Shown here one piece after another: positions 9,052-17,317 of a stretch of DNA of 64,000 nt. The stretch covers positions 641-64,640 of the forward strand of contig JAYUIX010000160.1 in assembly GCA_043765635.1 (NCBI GenBank). Direction: 5' to 3'. The notes beneath the pieces were generated by a model. That model was not told the origin of the DNA and ran no database searches. It saw only the letters and a list, made by a program, of their open reading frames with translations. The stretch's first letter is position 1, and each line of letters opens with the position of its first letter. The translations under genes and the position numbers were made by a program. The DNA comes from Sphingomonadales bacterium (GTDB taxonomy: Bacteria > Pseudomonadota > Alphaproteobacteria > Sphingomonadales > Sphingomonadaceae).

Positions 9052-10526
9052 CGCGACTTGCGCCATAAGCGCCATTTGGACATGCTGCGAAAAAGCCCTC
9101 GTTTTTCAAGCACTTCAAAAGCTTCCTGTGGCCCTTCAGGATCAAGAATTTCATTATCGGCGAGCCATTTTTCAACCTCGTTCAGATTGGGGATCTCATA
9201 GGGCACGAGTGTTTTGCCCTTCCCGCGCATTGCCTCAATCGCCACAATCAACGATTTTTTCTCGGCAATCGTGGCTGTAATTTTGGAGATTTCGACCCCG
9301 AGATGTTCGGCAAGCAGGTCGTTTCGGATATCGGCTATCGTCGTGTTTACCTTGCCCCGCCGTTTCGTGCGGACATCAATTGCAATATCACATTCGCTGT
9401 CAAGCCGCATTGAACGGTTGTTGAGATTGGATGATCCAATGCGCAAAACAGTGTCATCGGCAATCAGAATTTTGGCATGAACATAAATTGGCGCACCCGA
9501 CTTTGTCACTGGATGATAAATACGGAGTCTATCCTGGTGATCATGGATTTTAAGTGCACGAAAAATGCGTGCGCGCGCCGTATCCATTGCGATTGGTTCA
9601 AGCCAGCCATCGGCTGTAAACGGATTGATAATGACAATTTCAGGGCCATTTTTCTCTTCAAGCCGCTTAAGCATCGCCTCGGCAATTTTGCGCGAGCAAA
9701 AATACTGGCTTTCAATATAAATAGTGCTTTTTGCGCGAGCAATCTGATCAAGATATAGCGCTTCGATCCCGTGGTGCGCGGGACGATCCGGCATTTCAGG
9801 AAGCGTCGTGGCGATTGTCACCGCGACATTGTTAAACTGTTTTTCGAGCGCCTCAGGCCAGCAATCGCCACCATCCTTTACTTTTGGTAATTTTTCACCC
9901 GTAGCCCACTTCCACCGTTCCAACGCCAACTGTGCCAGCGTCTCTGCGGCCTCACCCTGAAGTGCGGTTGAAGCGTCGTGCCACGGAGGATAAGCCGTGC
10001 CGTTGGGAAGCTTGCGCGCAGGCATGTCATCATCATGTGCGCGCGTATCCCAACGCGCCGATGTCACGTCTATCCCGCCGCAAAAGGCAAAAGCCTTGTC
10101 AATGATGATCATTTTTTGATGGTGCGATCCGCCAGCGGGATGATGTCCATCAAGCTTTGTATGAATTCGGGGGTGCCGCATCCACTTGAGAATGGTGAGC
10201 GGCGTGATCCCGCGAAATATCGAGGTAATGGCACCAAAATCCCAGCGTAACAGATAGACTTCCAATTCGGGATTTTTCTCGACAAGCGCGTAAATAAATT
10301 CGCCGACAAGGCGTGGGCCGTTCACACCTTCGGCAGGATCGCCAAGCGCAATCCGCGCATCAAAATCCCACCCGATGAGCATGATGCGCTTTCTCGCATT
10401 TGCCATAGCGGCACGGGCATGACGGAAATAATCATCGGCATCAATGATTACCGAGACATAATCAGCCATTGCAATAAGGGCTGAGTCGGTATTGGGAGGG
10501 CACTTTTTTTGATTTGGATCAGCCAT
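9042..10526 (-). CDS. phospholipase D-like protein with two HKD motifs
   Basis: Two HxK(x)4D motifs are present: HHQKMIIID and HAKILIADD...GSSNLNNRS. The 3' end overlaps the convergent DUF4130 gene by 10 nt. Confidence 0.85.
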   Translation of the reverse strand: MADPNQKKCPPNTDSALIAMADYVSVIIDADDYFRHARAAMANARKRIMLIGWDFDARIALGDPAEGVNGPRLVGEFIYALVEKNPELEVYLLRWDFGAITSIFRGITPLTILKWMRHPRIHTKLDGHHPAGGSHHQKMIIIDKAFAFCGGIDVTSARWDTRAHDDDMPARKLPNGTAYPPWHDASTALQGEAAETLAQLALERWKWATGEKLPKVKDGGDCWPEALEKQFNNVAVTIATTLPEMPDRPAHHGIEALYLDQIARAKSTIYIESQYFCSRKIAEAMLKRLEEKNGPEIVIINPFTADGWLEPIAMDTARARIFRALKIHDHQDRLRIYHPVTKSGAPIYVHAKILIADDTVLRIGSSNLNNRSMRLDSECDIAIDVRTKRRGKVNTTIADIRNDLLAEHLGVEISKITATIAEKKSLIVAIEAMRGKGKTLVPYEIPNLNEVEKWLADNEILDPEGPQEAFEVLEKRGLFRSMSKWRLWRKSRHA

Positions 10527-10562
10527 AACTCACCATCATTATTCACCGTGCGTACCGTGCCG

Positions 10563-10587
10563 GGAACATTACGCAAAGATAATCGTT
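10563..10587 (+). promoter_or_regulatory. EcfG-type promoter motif GGAAC-N16-CGTT with no downstream protein gene
   Basis: GGAAC lies at 10563-10567 and CGTT at 10584-10587. The motif points into the ORF-poor gap and is antisense to the region upstream of the PLD-like gene. Confidence 0.5.
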
Positions 10588-10593
10588 GTGCTG

Positions 10594-10657
10594 CTATCCT
10601 CCATGCCAATTGCACGGCGGTCGAATTCGAAAATTCCACAATTTTGCCGATTTTTTT
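10594..10657 (+). ncRNA. candidate small RNA 1 (approximate ends)
   Basis: It would start a few nt after the -10 element. CCUCC lies at 10598-10602. An imperfect hairpin (CGGCGG 10615-10620 with UUGCCG 10644-10649, inner GAAUU/AAUUC) is followed by seven U (10651-10657). There is no SD-preceded ORF. Confidence 0.3.
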
Positions 10658-10779
10658 CGTTATCTTGTGGATCGATAAAAGATGGTGGCGGGTCATTTTC
10701 AACCTGTTTGAACTTGGGACAGAGCCCGTCATCATTTTTTTATCATCATCCTTATGCTTCCTTCATGCTCCATATTAGC

Positions 10780-10876
10780 TCAATAATAATTGACCCCGCG
10801 CATGGATATGCGCGGGGCCGGGAGACTACTCATTATCAGCTTTGTCGGGGTGGAGAGGTAACCAAGCCGATAACGA
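10780..10876 (-). ncRNA. candidate small RNA 2, embedded in the crp/fnr 3' region (approximate ends)
   Basis: It would run from the EcfG-type promoter at 10883-10907 to the hairpin at 10794-10817 plus a U-rich tail. It contains UACCUCUCCACCCC (complement of 10847-10860). Only a 17-codon ORF without an SD is present. Confidence 0.35.
10794..10817 (-). terminator. intrinsic terminator-like hairpin downstream of crp/fnr
   Basis: On the minus strand, CCCCGCGCA-UAUCCA-UGCGCGGGG is followed by UCAAUUAUUAUU. Confidence 0.6.
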
Positions 10877-10882
10877 GAATAT

Positions 10883-10907
10883 AACGCGCAACGCTGATCA
10901 TTGTTCC
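10883..10907 (-). promoter_or_regulatory. EcfG-type promoter motif GGAAC-N16-CGTT between the crp/fnr stop and its terminator
   Basis: The plus strand reads AACG (10883-10886), 16 nt, then GTTCC (10903-10907). The crp/fnr stop is at 10917. Confidence 0.5.
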
Positions 10908-10916
10908 AATCCCATT

Positions 10917-11666
10917 TTAAATGAATGGGCGCGGTGCTCCTGGTTCATGATCATAATGGGCGAAATGGCGAGCAGCCTCCATATCTGGCACACGAATATC
11001 GTTAAGTGTCCATTCAATGATTTCTGACCGCCTGAGCGACTGCAACGTTCGGTTGGCATGAACGATTGAAAGCCCCAGCGTATCGGCAATCTGGGTTTGC
11101 GTAATTGAGATGTCGAGTTTGTTTTTCTTGACAATGCCAGTCTCGACGCCCCTGGTAATCAAGAAAAGCGCCAAGTATGCAATGCGTTCGCGCGCTGTAC
11201 GGCGGCCGATAGACACCAGATGTTCGTCCAGTGCTGCCTCTTCCTTGGCGGCAAGCCAAGTGAGATCATAACCAAGTTTGGGCTGTTCGCGGAACAGTTC
11301 AATAATCCGGTCACGCGAAAAAACACACAGTGTGGCCTCACCAAGCGCCTCAACCCCGTGCATCAACGGATCATCCATCGCCCCCTGTACCCCGATAAAA
11401 TCGCCTGGAAACACATAATTGACAATTTGACGGCGGCCATCCTCAAGGATTTTGAAGCGAAACAATATGCCTTTGAGGACGGTGTAAAGATGCGGGCTGA
11501 TCGAGCCTTGCACCAGCACCTGCGTGCCCTTGCTGACTGACATCTCTCCCTGTTTGAAATCCTGCATGAATTTGATCTGATTTGCATCAAGTGGCCGCAA
11601 GCCTTCACACGCAAGCAATGGGCACTGTGAGCATAATATGCGTATTGCCGCCGTCCGGATGGTCAT
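10917..11666 (-). CDS. Crp/Fnr family transcriptional regulator
   Basis: cNMP-binding-like beta-roll followed by a C-terminal HTH (ISITQTQIADTLGLSIVHANRTLQSLR). The N-terminus carries cysteines (CSQCPLLAC). Confidence 0.85.
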   Translation of the reverse strand: MTIRTAAIRILCSQCPLLACEGLRPLDANQIKFMQDFKQGEMSVSKGTQVLVQGSISPHLYTVLKGILFRFKILEDGRRQIVNYVFPGDFIGVQGAMDDPLMHGVEALGEATLCVFSRDRIIELFREQPKLGYDLTWLAAKEEAALDEHLVSIGRRTARERIAYLALFLITRGVETGIVKKNKLDISITQTQIADTLGLSIVHANRTLQSLRRSEIIEWTLNDIRVPDMEAARHFAHYDHEPGAPRPFI

Positions 11667-11756
11667 ATTTGTTCCTATATCAAATGATAATGCGGCAATT
11701 TTAATCGCCCCCTATGAAGTTGGCGCAGTCGGATTTGACTGCGACGGGAGGCTAAA

Positions 11757-12179
11757 TTGGAACGCTACAGCTTAAACGGTTACCGGATCCTTGTGGTCGA
11801 GGATAGCGCATTGATTGCGCTTGATATTGAAATCAGTCTCAGCGAGTTGGGCGCTAGCGTTTTTGTCGTTGCTAATCAGGCATCCGCCTTGCAACTGTTA
11901 TCGGAAAAGCGCTTCGATTTTGCTGTGGTTGACCTCGATCTCAATGGCACGCCCAGTAAACTACTGACTCAAGAATTGGTTGCAGAAAACTGCCCCTTTG
12001 TGATCTTAAGCGGATCAACCCATGCTCATGCTGAAAGCGTGTTTGGCAAGGTGTATTTCTTATCAAAACCCTTCGATATGTTCGCGCTTGCAGAATTAAT
12101 TATTCGCCGGGTAGAACCGTGCACAACATTTCCGTGTTATAAGCCAAAACATAATCTGATAAATGTGCCATTGGTTTGA
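11757..12179 (+). CDS. single-domain response regulator (receiver only)
   Basis: Receiver features: ILVVEDS, phospho-acceptor context FDFAVVDLDL, and SKPF. TTG start with GGGAGG 7 nt upstream. Adjacent to phyR. Confidence 0.8.
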   Translation: MERYSLNGYRILVVEDSALIALDIEISLSELGASVFVVANQASALQLLSEKRFDFAVVDLDLNGTPSKLLTQELVAENCPFVILSGSTHAHAESVFGKVYFLSKPFDMFALAELIIRRVEPCTTFPCYKPKHNLINVPLV

Positions 12180-12186
12180 AAATTAG

Positions 12187-12211
12187 GGAACCAATCTCCG
12201 CGACGGGCGTT
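12187..12211 (+). promoter_or_regulatory. EcfG-type promoter motif GGAAC-N16-CGTT upstream of phyR
   Basis: GGAAC lies at 12187-12191 and CGTT at 12208-12211, 38 nt before ATG 12249. Confidence 0.75.
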
Positions 12212-12248
12212 TAAGTTAAGGAATGTTTTGGGTCAGGGAGAGTGATTA

Positions 12249-13040
12249 ATGTCAGTTGCGCAGATGGTCGGGTCGCACCTTCCCTATCTACGTCGTTACG
12301 CGCGTGCGCTTACTGGATCTCAATCAAGCGGTGACGCATTCGTTCGCGCGACACTTGAAGCAGCAATTTTGGATAAGGCATTGCATGCGCAGATCAGTTT
12401 GGGACGTCAGCATCTTTATGCCGTTTTCAATCGCATATGGTCTGGCGCGCATGAAGAGCCTGTTCCGCCCACCTCGTTTGAAAACGCGCATGAGCTGGTT
12501 GCACAAGCACGCCTTTCAAAAATGACCCCGCTTGCACGGCAAGCATTGCTGCTCACAACACTTGAGGATTTTTCACCGGGGGACGCGGCGATTGTAATGG
12601 GAATTGACGCGGCCGAAGTGAGCGCGCTTGCCCAGTCGGCGATGGATGAAATTGCCGCCGAGTCATCGACAGATGTTCTTATTATTGAAGATGAACCACT
12701 GATTTCAATGCAACTTGAGGTTTTGGTCGAAGACCTTGGACATACTGTTTTTGGAACAGCCTCCACCCGAACGCAGGCTCTGGCGCTGGTTGCCGAACGC
12801 AGACCGGGACTTGTACTTGCCGATATTCAGCTTGCCGATGGCAGTTCGGGAATTGACACAGTTAATGATATTCTTGAACAGTTTCCTGTTCCGGTCATTT
12901 TCATCACTGCCTTTCCGGAGAAGCTGTTGACCGGCGATCGTCCCGAGCCAACCTATCTCGTCACAAAGCCATTTCAGGATGCAACGGTACAGGCAGCGAT
13001 TAGTCAGGCAATGTTTTTCGCCTCAAGCCAGCCCATTTGA
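12249..13040 (+). CDS. phyR: anti-anti-sigma factor / response regulator PhyR
   Basis: N-terminal ECF-sigma-like domain followed by a C-terminal receiver (VLIIEDEPLISMQLE...LVLADIQLADGSSG...VTKPF). It is located next to nepR-ecfG and preceded by an EcfG-type promoter. Confidence 0.9.
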   Translation: MSVAQMVGSHLPYLRRYARALTGSQSSGDAFVRATLEAAILDKALHAQISLGRQHLYAVFNRIWSGAHEEPVPPTSFENAHELVAQARLSKMTPLARQALLLTTLEDFSPGDAAIVMGIDAAEVSALAQSAMDEIAAESSTDVLIIEDEPLISMQLEVLVEDLGHTVFGTASTRTQALALVAERRPGLVLADIQLADGSSGIDTVNDILEQFPVPVIFITAFPEKLLTGDRPEPTYLVTKPFQDATVQAAISQAMFFASSQPI

Positions 13041-13043
13041 AAA

Positions 13044-14726
13044 CTAACGGTTCTGGGATAGTGTAAAGCCGTTCTGTGTTCGTACGGGGACGATAATTTC
13101 GCAGCGGACACCCTCGTCAAGGAAATCAAGCGCCACTTTTGAATTCAGTTCGTAAGAAATGATTTTTTCAATCAGGTTGGTGCCAAAGCCCGATTTTTGC
13201 GGCTTGGCAACTTCCGGGCCTTGCGTTTCTTGCCAGATGATTTTGACTTTTTCCAAGTCTTCGCGCGTCCACGTAATTGATACTTTCCCGTCCGGGACGC
13301 TGAGTGCGCCGTATTTGGTCGCATTGGTTGCAAGTTCGTGAATGGCAAGTCCAAGTGAGAGCGCATCATTGGGGGCAAGCACGACCTCGGGGCCGGCTAT
13401 ATCAAGCCGGCTGTCTTCAAATGCAAAATAAGGTGCCATTTCCGCGTTAATCACCGCGCGCAACGGTGTGGCCGCCCACTGCGAATTTGTGAGGATATCA
13501 TGCGTTGCCGAAATTGCCCGCACCCGCCCGGTAAGTGCCTCAACATAACTATCGATATCAGCGGCACCACGTTTCGTAAGCGAAATAATTGAAATCACGT
13601 TGGCCAGCGTGTTTTTAACGCGGTGATTAAGTTCACGTGTCAGCGTTGACCGGATGGCAACCTGTTCGGCCTGAATTGCGAACGCCCGCCGATCTTCTTC
13701 GGCGCGCAGAATGACAAGGCGGGTCAACAGAAGCAAGAGCACCGCCACCGCCAAACCGGCAAGCATCGTCCCCTGCCCGCGACTGCTCCAAGCACCGAGG
13801 AGTGCTGGTCTGGTGCTTAAAATCCACGTGCGCCCGGCAATGTTGATTGGCCGCTCAATCGAATCCTCGCTGCCCGGAATATCTGACGCAGTGGAATAAA
13901 GCAGGTTGGCCTCGGTTTTTTGGCTGTCATACACATGGAAGTGCAGGCCCAGTCTGGGTAATAGTAAAAGCGCAGAATCGATAAATTCTTTTGCCCTGAA
14001 CGGGCTGTAAACAAACCCGCGCAGCTTCGCCGAACGCATGGCTGGCGAAAAATTCGAGGCGTCTTCTGTGTAAACCGGCATAAAGATGAGGAAACCGGGG
14101 CCGCCTGAAGATTCTCCGTCCTGAACCAAGGTTACGATGCCACTCACTGTTGGCTTGGCCGTGCGTAGTGCGGAAACCATTGCCTTGCGCCGCACCGCTT
14201 CACTGAACATATTAAAGCCCATAGCTTTCAGATTTCCTGGCGTTTGCGGTTCAAGATATAGTATCGCGTGACGGCGAAGCTTCGCGTCCTGGGGCGGTGG
14301 CCATAGACGGTAATTAGCAATCCCCAATGCGCGGCCCCGTGCTTCAATCGAGGAAGCCTGGTCGGGCGCGAACGCAATTGACCAGCCGATGCCGCTGCCA
14401 CCGCGGTAATTCTCATCAAGCCTCAATTCGGAAACAAAGCGCTTGAACAAGGGTTTAGGCACGTCGCCAAGTGTTTCAAACAAGGCGGCTCCCGCCCGCA
14501 AAAAAGCGATATTAGCAATAACCCGGCGTTCGATCGCCACGGCAAGTTCAGTTGCCTTCATTGAAGCTTCGACCTCGCTGCGCTTTCGTTCGGAACGTTC
14601 AATTTCATAAACGCTGTAACCAGTCAGCAGCATTGTAAGGACAAAGACAATTACAGGCGCAACCCGGGGGTAACGTACCAACCATCCGGTCATGTCAGTA
14701 GATTTGAAGCTATCTCTAAGCGCCAA
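13044..14726 (-). CDS. HWE/HisKA_2-family sensor histidine kinase with periplasmic CHASE-like sensor
   Basis: Two TM segments flank a domain of about 270 aa. The H-box is ELNHRVKNTLANV and the ATPase region is HELATNATKYGAL. The gene converges on phyR with a 3-nt gap. TTG start with AGGGGA upstream; an alternative ATG lies at 14693. Confidence 0.85.
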   Translation of the reverse strand: MALRDSFKSTDMTGWLVRYPRVAPVIVFVLTMLLTGYSVYEIERSERKRSEVEASMKATELAVAIERRVIANIAFLRAGAALFETLGDVPKPLFKRFVSELRLDENYRGGSGIGWSIAFAPDQASSIEARGRALGIANYRLWPPPQDAKLRRHAILYLEPQTPGNLKAMGFNMFSEAVRRKAMVSALRTAKPTVSGIVTLVQDGESSGGPGFLIFMPVYTEDASNFSPAMRSAKLRGFVYSPFRAKEFIDSALLLLPRLGLHFHVYDSQKTEANLLYSTASDIPGSEDSIERPINIAGRTWILSTRPALLGAWSSRGQGTMLAGLAVAVLLLLLTRLVILRAEEDRRAFAIQAEQVAIRSTLTRELNHRVKNTLANVISIISLTKRGAADIDSYVEALTGRVRAISATHDILTNSQWAATPLRAVINAEMAPYFAFEDSRLDIAGPEVVLAPNDALSLGLAIHELATNATKYGALSVPDGKVSITWTREDLEKVKIIWQETQGPEVAKPQKSGFGTNLIEKIISYELNSKVALDFLDEGVRCEIIVPVRTQNGFTLSQNR

Positions 14727-14790
14727 TGCGCTGTCCCCTATTTAATCCCGGTTCTCCGGTGAACGCCGCGACATGCAAGCACATATAATG

Positions 14791-14815
14791 GGAACCAACA
14801 TCGCCCGAGAACGTT
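14791..14815 (+). promoter_or_regulatory. EcfG-type promoter motif GGAAC-N16-CGTT upstream of dps
   Basis: GGAAC lies at 14791-14795 and CGTT at 14812-14815, 39 nt before ATG 14854. Confidence 0.75.
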
Positions 14816-14853
14816 CCCAATTATATCGATTTCACATAAACGAGGATAAAGTT

Positions 14854-15360
14854 ATGTCCAACCCAGCCTTAGATCAAGCTCCCAAAGTATCATCCCTCAA
14901 AACAGGTATAAGTAAAAATGATACCAAGGTAGTTGCCGAGGCGGTTTCAAACGCACTTGCCGACAGCTTTACGCTTTATCTCAAAACGCTTGGCGTTCAT
15001 TGGAATGTCGTTGGCGCATCTTTCTACGGTCTCCATAAGCTTACTCAAGCGCAATATGAAGACCTTGATGCTGCAATTGACGCAATGGCCGAACGTGTTC
15101 GTGCGCTTGGTCATCTGGCACCTGCAAGCTTTGGCGATTTTGCCAAACGCAGTGTGATCAAAAGTGAGTCCACAATTGCTACTGCTGATGAAATGATCAA
15201 CGAATTGGTTGCCGACAATGAGGCAATCGCCCGGCGGATGCGTGAGGCTGTCAAAATTGCCGATGACGCAGACGATGTTTTCACTGCTGACATGCTCACT
15301 GCGCGTATTGGTGTCCATGAACAAAATATCTGGATGCTAAGCGCTCATAATGCTGGTTGA
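14854..15360 (+). CDS. dps: Dps family DNA starvation/stationary-phase protection protein
   Basis: Ferritin-like Dps signature (FTLYLKTLGVHWNVVG...HKLTQAQYEDLDAAIDAMAERVRALG). GAGGA RBS upstream. The track start at 14773 lies upstream of the promoter motif. Confidence 0.9.
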   Translation: MSNPALDQAPKVSSLKTGISKNDTKVVAEAVSNALADSFTLYLKTLGVHWNVVGASFYGLHKLTQAQYEDLDAAIDAMAERVRALGHLAPASFGDFAKRSVIKSESTIATADEMINELVADNEAIARRMREAVKIADDADDVFTADMLTARIGVHEQNIWMLSAHNAG

Positions 15361-15412
15361 TCCCAAAATGCCACACACTCCAAATCTGTCTGATTGATAC
15401 AAAGGAAATAAC

Positions 15413-15625
15413 GTGCAACTGCACAACATACCCACAACGGATGGTGCTTTTGGTATGACAGGTAAACTTGATCCCGCACGTAACGGTGCAAAAGATCAAT
15501 CCGCTGTAAAAAAACCGGGATGGGCCGACGGTCTCCAAAAGCTTTACAATTCGGTTGTTGATGAGCCTCTTCCCGACGCGTTTGAGGAGTTGCTTAGAAA
15601 ACTGGATCAAAGTGATGAAGGCTGA
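15413..15625 (+). CDS. nepR: anti-sigma factor NepR
   Basis: 70-aa protein carrying the NepR signature LQKLYNSVVDEPLPDAFEELLRKLD. GTG start. It overlaps the ecfG start. Confidence 0.8.
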   Translation: MQLHNIPTTDGAFGMTGKLDPARNGAKDQSAVKKPGWADGLQKLYNSVVDEPLPDAFEELLRKLDQSDEG

Positions 15626-16214
15626 AACCAGCACGGAGCAATCACGGTCTGCCGATTTCAAACGGCGTCTGGCTGATGTCATTCCGCATCTCCGCGCCTT
15701 TGCGCGCGGGTTATGTGGTCGGCCCGATATGGCAGATGATCTTGTTCAGGAAACGATGCTCAAAGCATGGTCAGCACGTGAGCGGTTTGAAGAGGGCACG
15801 AATATGCGCGCCTGGACGTTCGTGATTCTGCGCAACACTTATCTTTCCGAAATCAGGCGCAACCGCTTTACTGGCGACTATGACGAAAGCGTTGCCGAGC
15901 GGATCATGGTTGTGAAGGCAGGTCAGGAAGGCCCGATGCACCTTGCCGATCTTCACCGCGCACTGCTCAAACTGCCGCAGGAACGGCGTGAGGCCTTGCT
16001 GCTTGTTGGCGCTGGCGGATTTAGTTATGAAGAAGCTGCCGCAATCTGCAACTGTGCGGTCGGCACAATGAAAAGCCGCGTTGGCCGCGCGCGCGCCGCA
16101 CTCACCCGAATGCTTGAAGGTGATGATATGCCCGCCTACCAAGCATCGGACACCCGCACAGCACATGCTGACATTATTGCGGAAATGAACTTGGTTGCTG
16201 GCCGGGCTGCCTAA
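15615..16214 (+). CDS. ecfG: ECF sigma factor EcfG (general stress response sigma)
   Basis: Sigma-70 region 2 (DLVQETMLKAWSARERFEEGTNMRAWTFVILRNTYLSEIRR) and region 4 (LPQERREALLLVGAGGFSYEEAAAICNCAVGTMKSRVGRARAAL). ATG 15615 overlaps the nepR 3' end. The track start is 15555. Confidence 0.9.
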   Translation: MKAETSTEQSRSADFKRRLADVIPHLRAFARGLCGRPDMADDLVQETMLKAWSARERFEEGTNMRAWTFVILRNTYLSEIRRNRFTGDYDESVAERIMVVKAGQEGPMHLADLHRALLKLPQERREALLLVGAGGFSYEEAAAICNCAVGTMKSRVGRARAALTRMLEGDDMPAYQASDTRTAHADIIAEMNLVAGRAA

Positions 16215-16241
16215 AGGCCGCCCGTCGAGCGCAAACTTGGT

Positions 16242-16862
16242 TTAAGCGCGGGGGTAAACCCACGGCGTTTCGCAGACAAAATTTTCATTTGCAAATGACC
16301 AGTTGAACAGTTTCTCAACAACAGCGTTTACATATTTGGGCCGTTGGTTTTGCTGGTCAAGATAATAGGCATGTTCCCACACATCAATCGTCAGCAGCGG
16401 CTTTACGCCAAGCGTTAACGGCGTTCCTGCATCATGGGTTTCGAGAAGTGCTGGCTTATCCTCACTCATCACCAGCCACACCCATCCCGATCCGAAATGT
16501 GCCTCAGCCATCATCGCCATTTCGGCGCGAAGTTCATTAAGGCCGCCAAATTCTGAAACAATCGCAGTTTCAAGTTTGGGGTTGGGGGCGGACTGCTTTT
16601 CGGGCGCAATACTCTCCCAATAAAAGGCGTGGTTCCACGCCTGCGCTGCTGGATTAAACAGCTCGGCATCACCGTCTTGTTCAGCCGCCATAATAATCTC
16701 TTCAAGCGAGGCGCTATCAAGACGCCCGCCCTCAATCGCGGCATTGGTTTTATCAACATAGGATTTCTGATGCTTGCCGTGATGAAGCTCCACAGTTGCT
16801 GCCGAGATATGCGGTGCCAGCGCCGACGGCGCAAAGGGCAATTGTGCGAGGATAATCGACAT
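16242..16862 (-). CDS. sodB: Fe/Mn superoxide dismutase
   Basis: Canonical motifs are present: LPFAPSALAPHIS...ELHHGKHQ and DVWEHAYYLDQQNQRPKYV. Confidence 0.9.
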   Translation of the reverse strand: MSIILAQLPFAPSALAPHISAATVELHHGKHQKSYVDKTNAAIEGGRLDSASLEEIIMAAEQDGDAELFNPAAQAWNHAFYWESIAPEKQSAPNPKLETAIVSEFGGLNELRAEMAMMAEAHFGSGWVWLVMSEDKPALLETHDAGTPLTLGVKPLLTIDVWEHAYYLDQQNQRPKYVNAVVEKLFNWSFANENFVCETPWVYPRA

Positions 16863-16930
16863 TTTTTAGGGTTCCTTCTGTCTCTAATCTAACATTTGAG
16901 ATCAATCAAAGTTGCAAGCGCCATAAAAAA

Positions 16931-16955
16931 GGGCAGTCGTAAAAAACGACCGCCC
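16931..16955 (-). terminator. intrinsic terminator after the lipoprotein gene (bidirectional hairpin)
   Basis: GGGCAGTCGT-aaaaa-ACGACCGCCC is flanked by an A-run on one side and a T-run on the other. Confidence 0.65.
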
Positions 16956-16981
16956 TGATTTTTCAACTGGCTTAGTTGAAT

Positions 16982-17317
16982 TTACTTGCCATCAGCCGCA
17001 TTACGAACGGCATCGGCCTTATTCTCCATCGCATCAGCTTTCATTTCAGCCGCATCGCGCACTGCATCTGCTTTGTTTTCCATATTTTGCTCAGTCGCGG
17101 AGTCAACACCGTCAGCCTTATTATCCATCATGTCAGCCTTGCTTTCCATGGCATCGGCATTGATGTCTGCGGCGTCGCGCGTAACGTCAGCCTGATCTTC
17201 CATCTTATCAGCCGTCACTTCGGCTTCCTGCTCAGCCTTTGTTCCACAGGCCGAAAGCGTCAGGCCAAGAGCAACCGCACTCGCGGCAATTGCGATTTTT
17301 TTGATATTCTGATTCAT
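16982..17317 (-). CDS. lipoprotein with acidic 11-residue repeats (LEA-like)
   Basis: MNQNIKKIAIAASAVALGLTLSAC contains a lipobox (LSAC). It is followed by roughly 11-mer periodic repeats: ENKADAVRDAA / EMKADAMENKA / DAVRNAADGK. The track ORF (to 17464) extends through the intergenic gap. Confidence 0.65.
   Translation of the reverse strand: MNQNIKKIAIAASAVALGLTLSACGTKAEQEAEVTADKMEDQADVTRDAADINADAMESKADMMDNKADGVDSATEQNMENKADAVRDAAEMKADAMENKADAVRNAADGK

Noticed and set aside
10448-10884. Track ORFs 10588-10884 (+, 98 aa), 10509-10778 (+, 89 aa) and 10448-10735 (-, 95 aa) in the crp-PLD gap.
   Set aside because: They have non-ATG or SD-less starts and odd Ser/Cys/Ile-rich composition. They cross a terminator hairpin or overlap the PLD start. 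The region is better explained by promoters, hairpins and U-tracts (candidate sRNAs).
11757-12179. Identification of the single-domain response regulator next to phyR as an SdrG-type (FAT GUY family) GSR regulator.
   Set aside because: The region after the conserved Lys reads KPFDMFALAEL, which does not match the PFxFATG[G/Y] signature as I remember it. I therefore kept it as a generic receiver protein.
15296-15682. 128-aa minus-strand ORF spanning the dps-nepR junction.
   Set aside because: It overlaps NepR and the ends of dps and ecfG in antisense, and no motifs are present.
16871-16875. GTTCC next to the sodB start, as a possible EcfG -35 element.
   Set aside because: The geometry is wrong: it lies 9 nt from the start codon with no CGTT between. 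It is simply the AAGGAAC ribosome-binding region read on the other strand.
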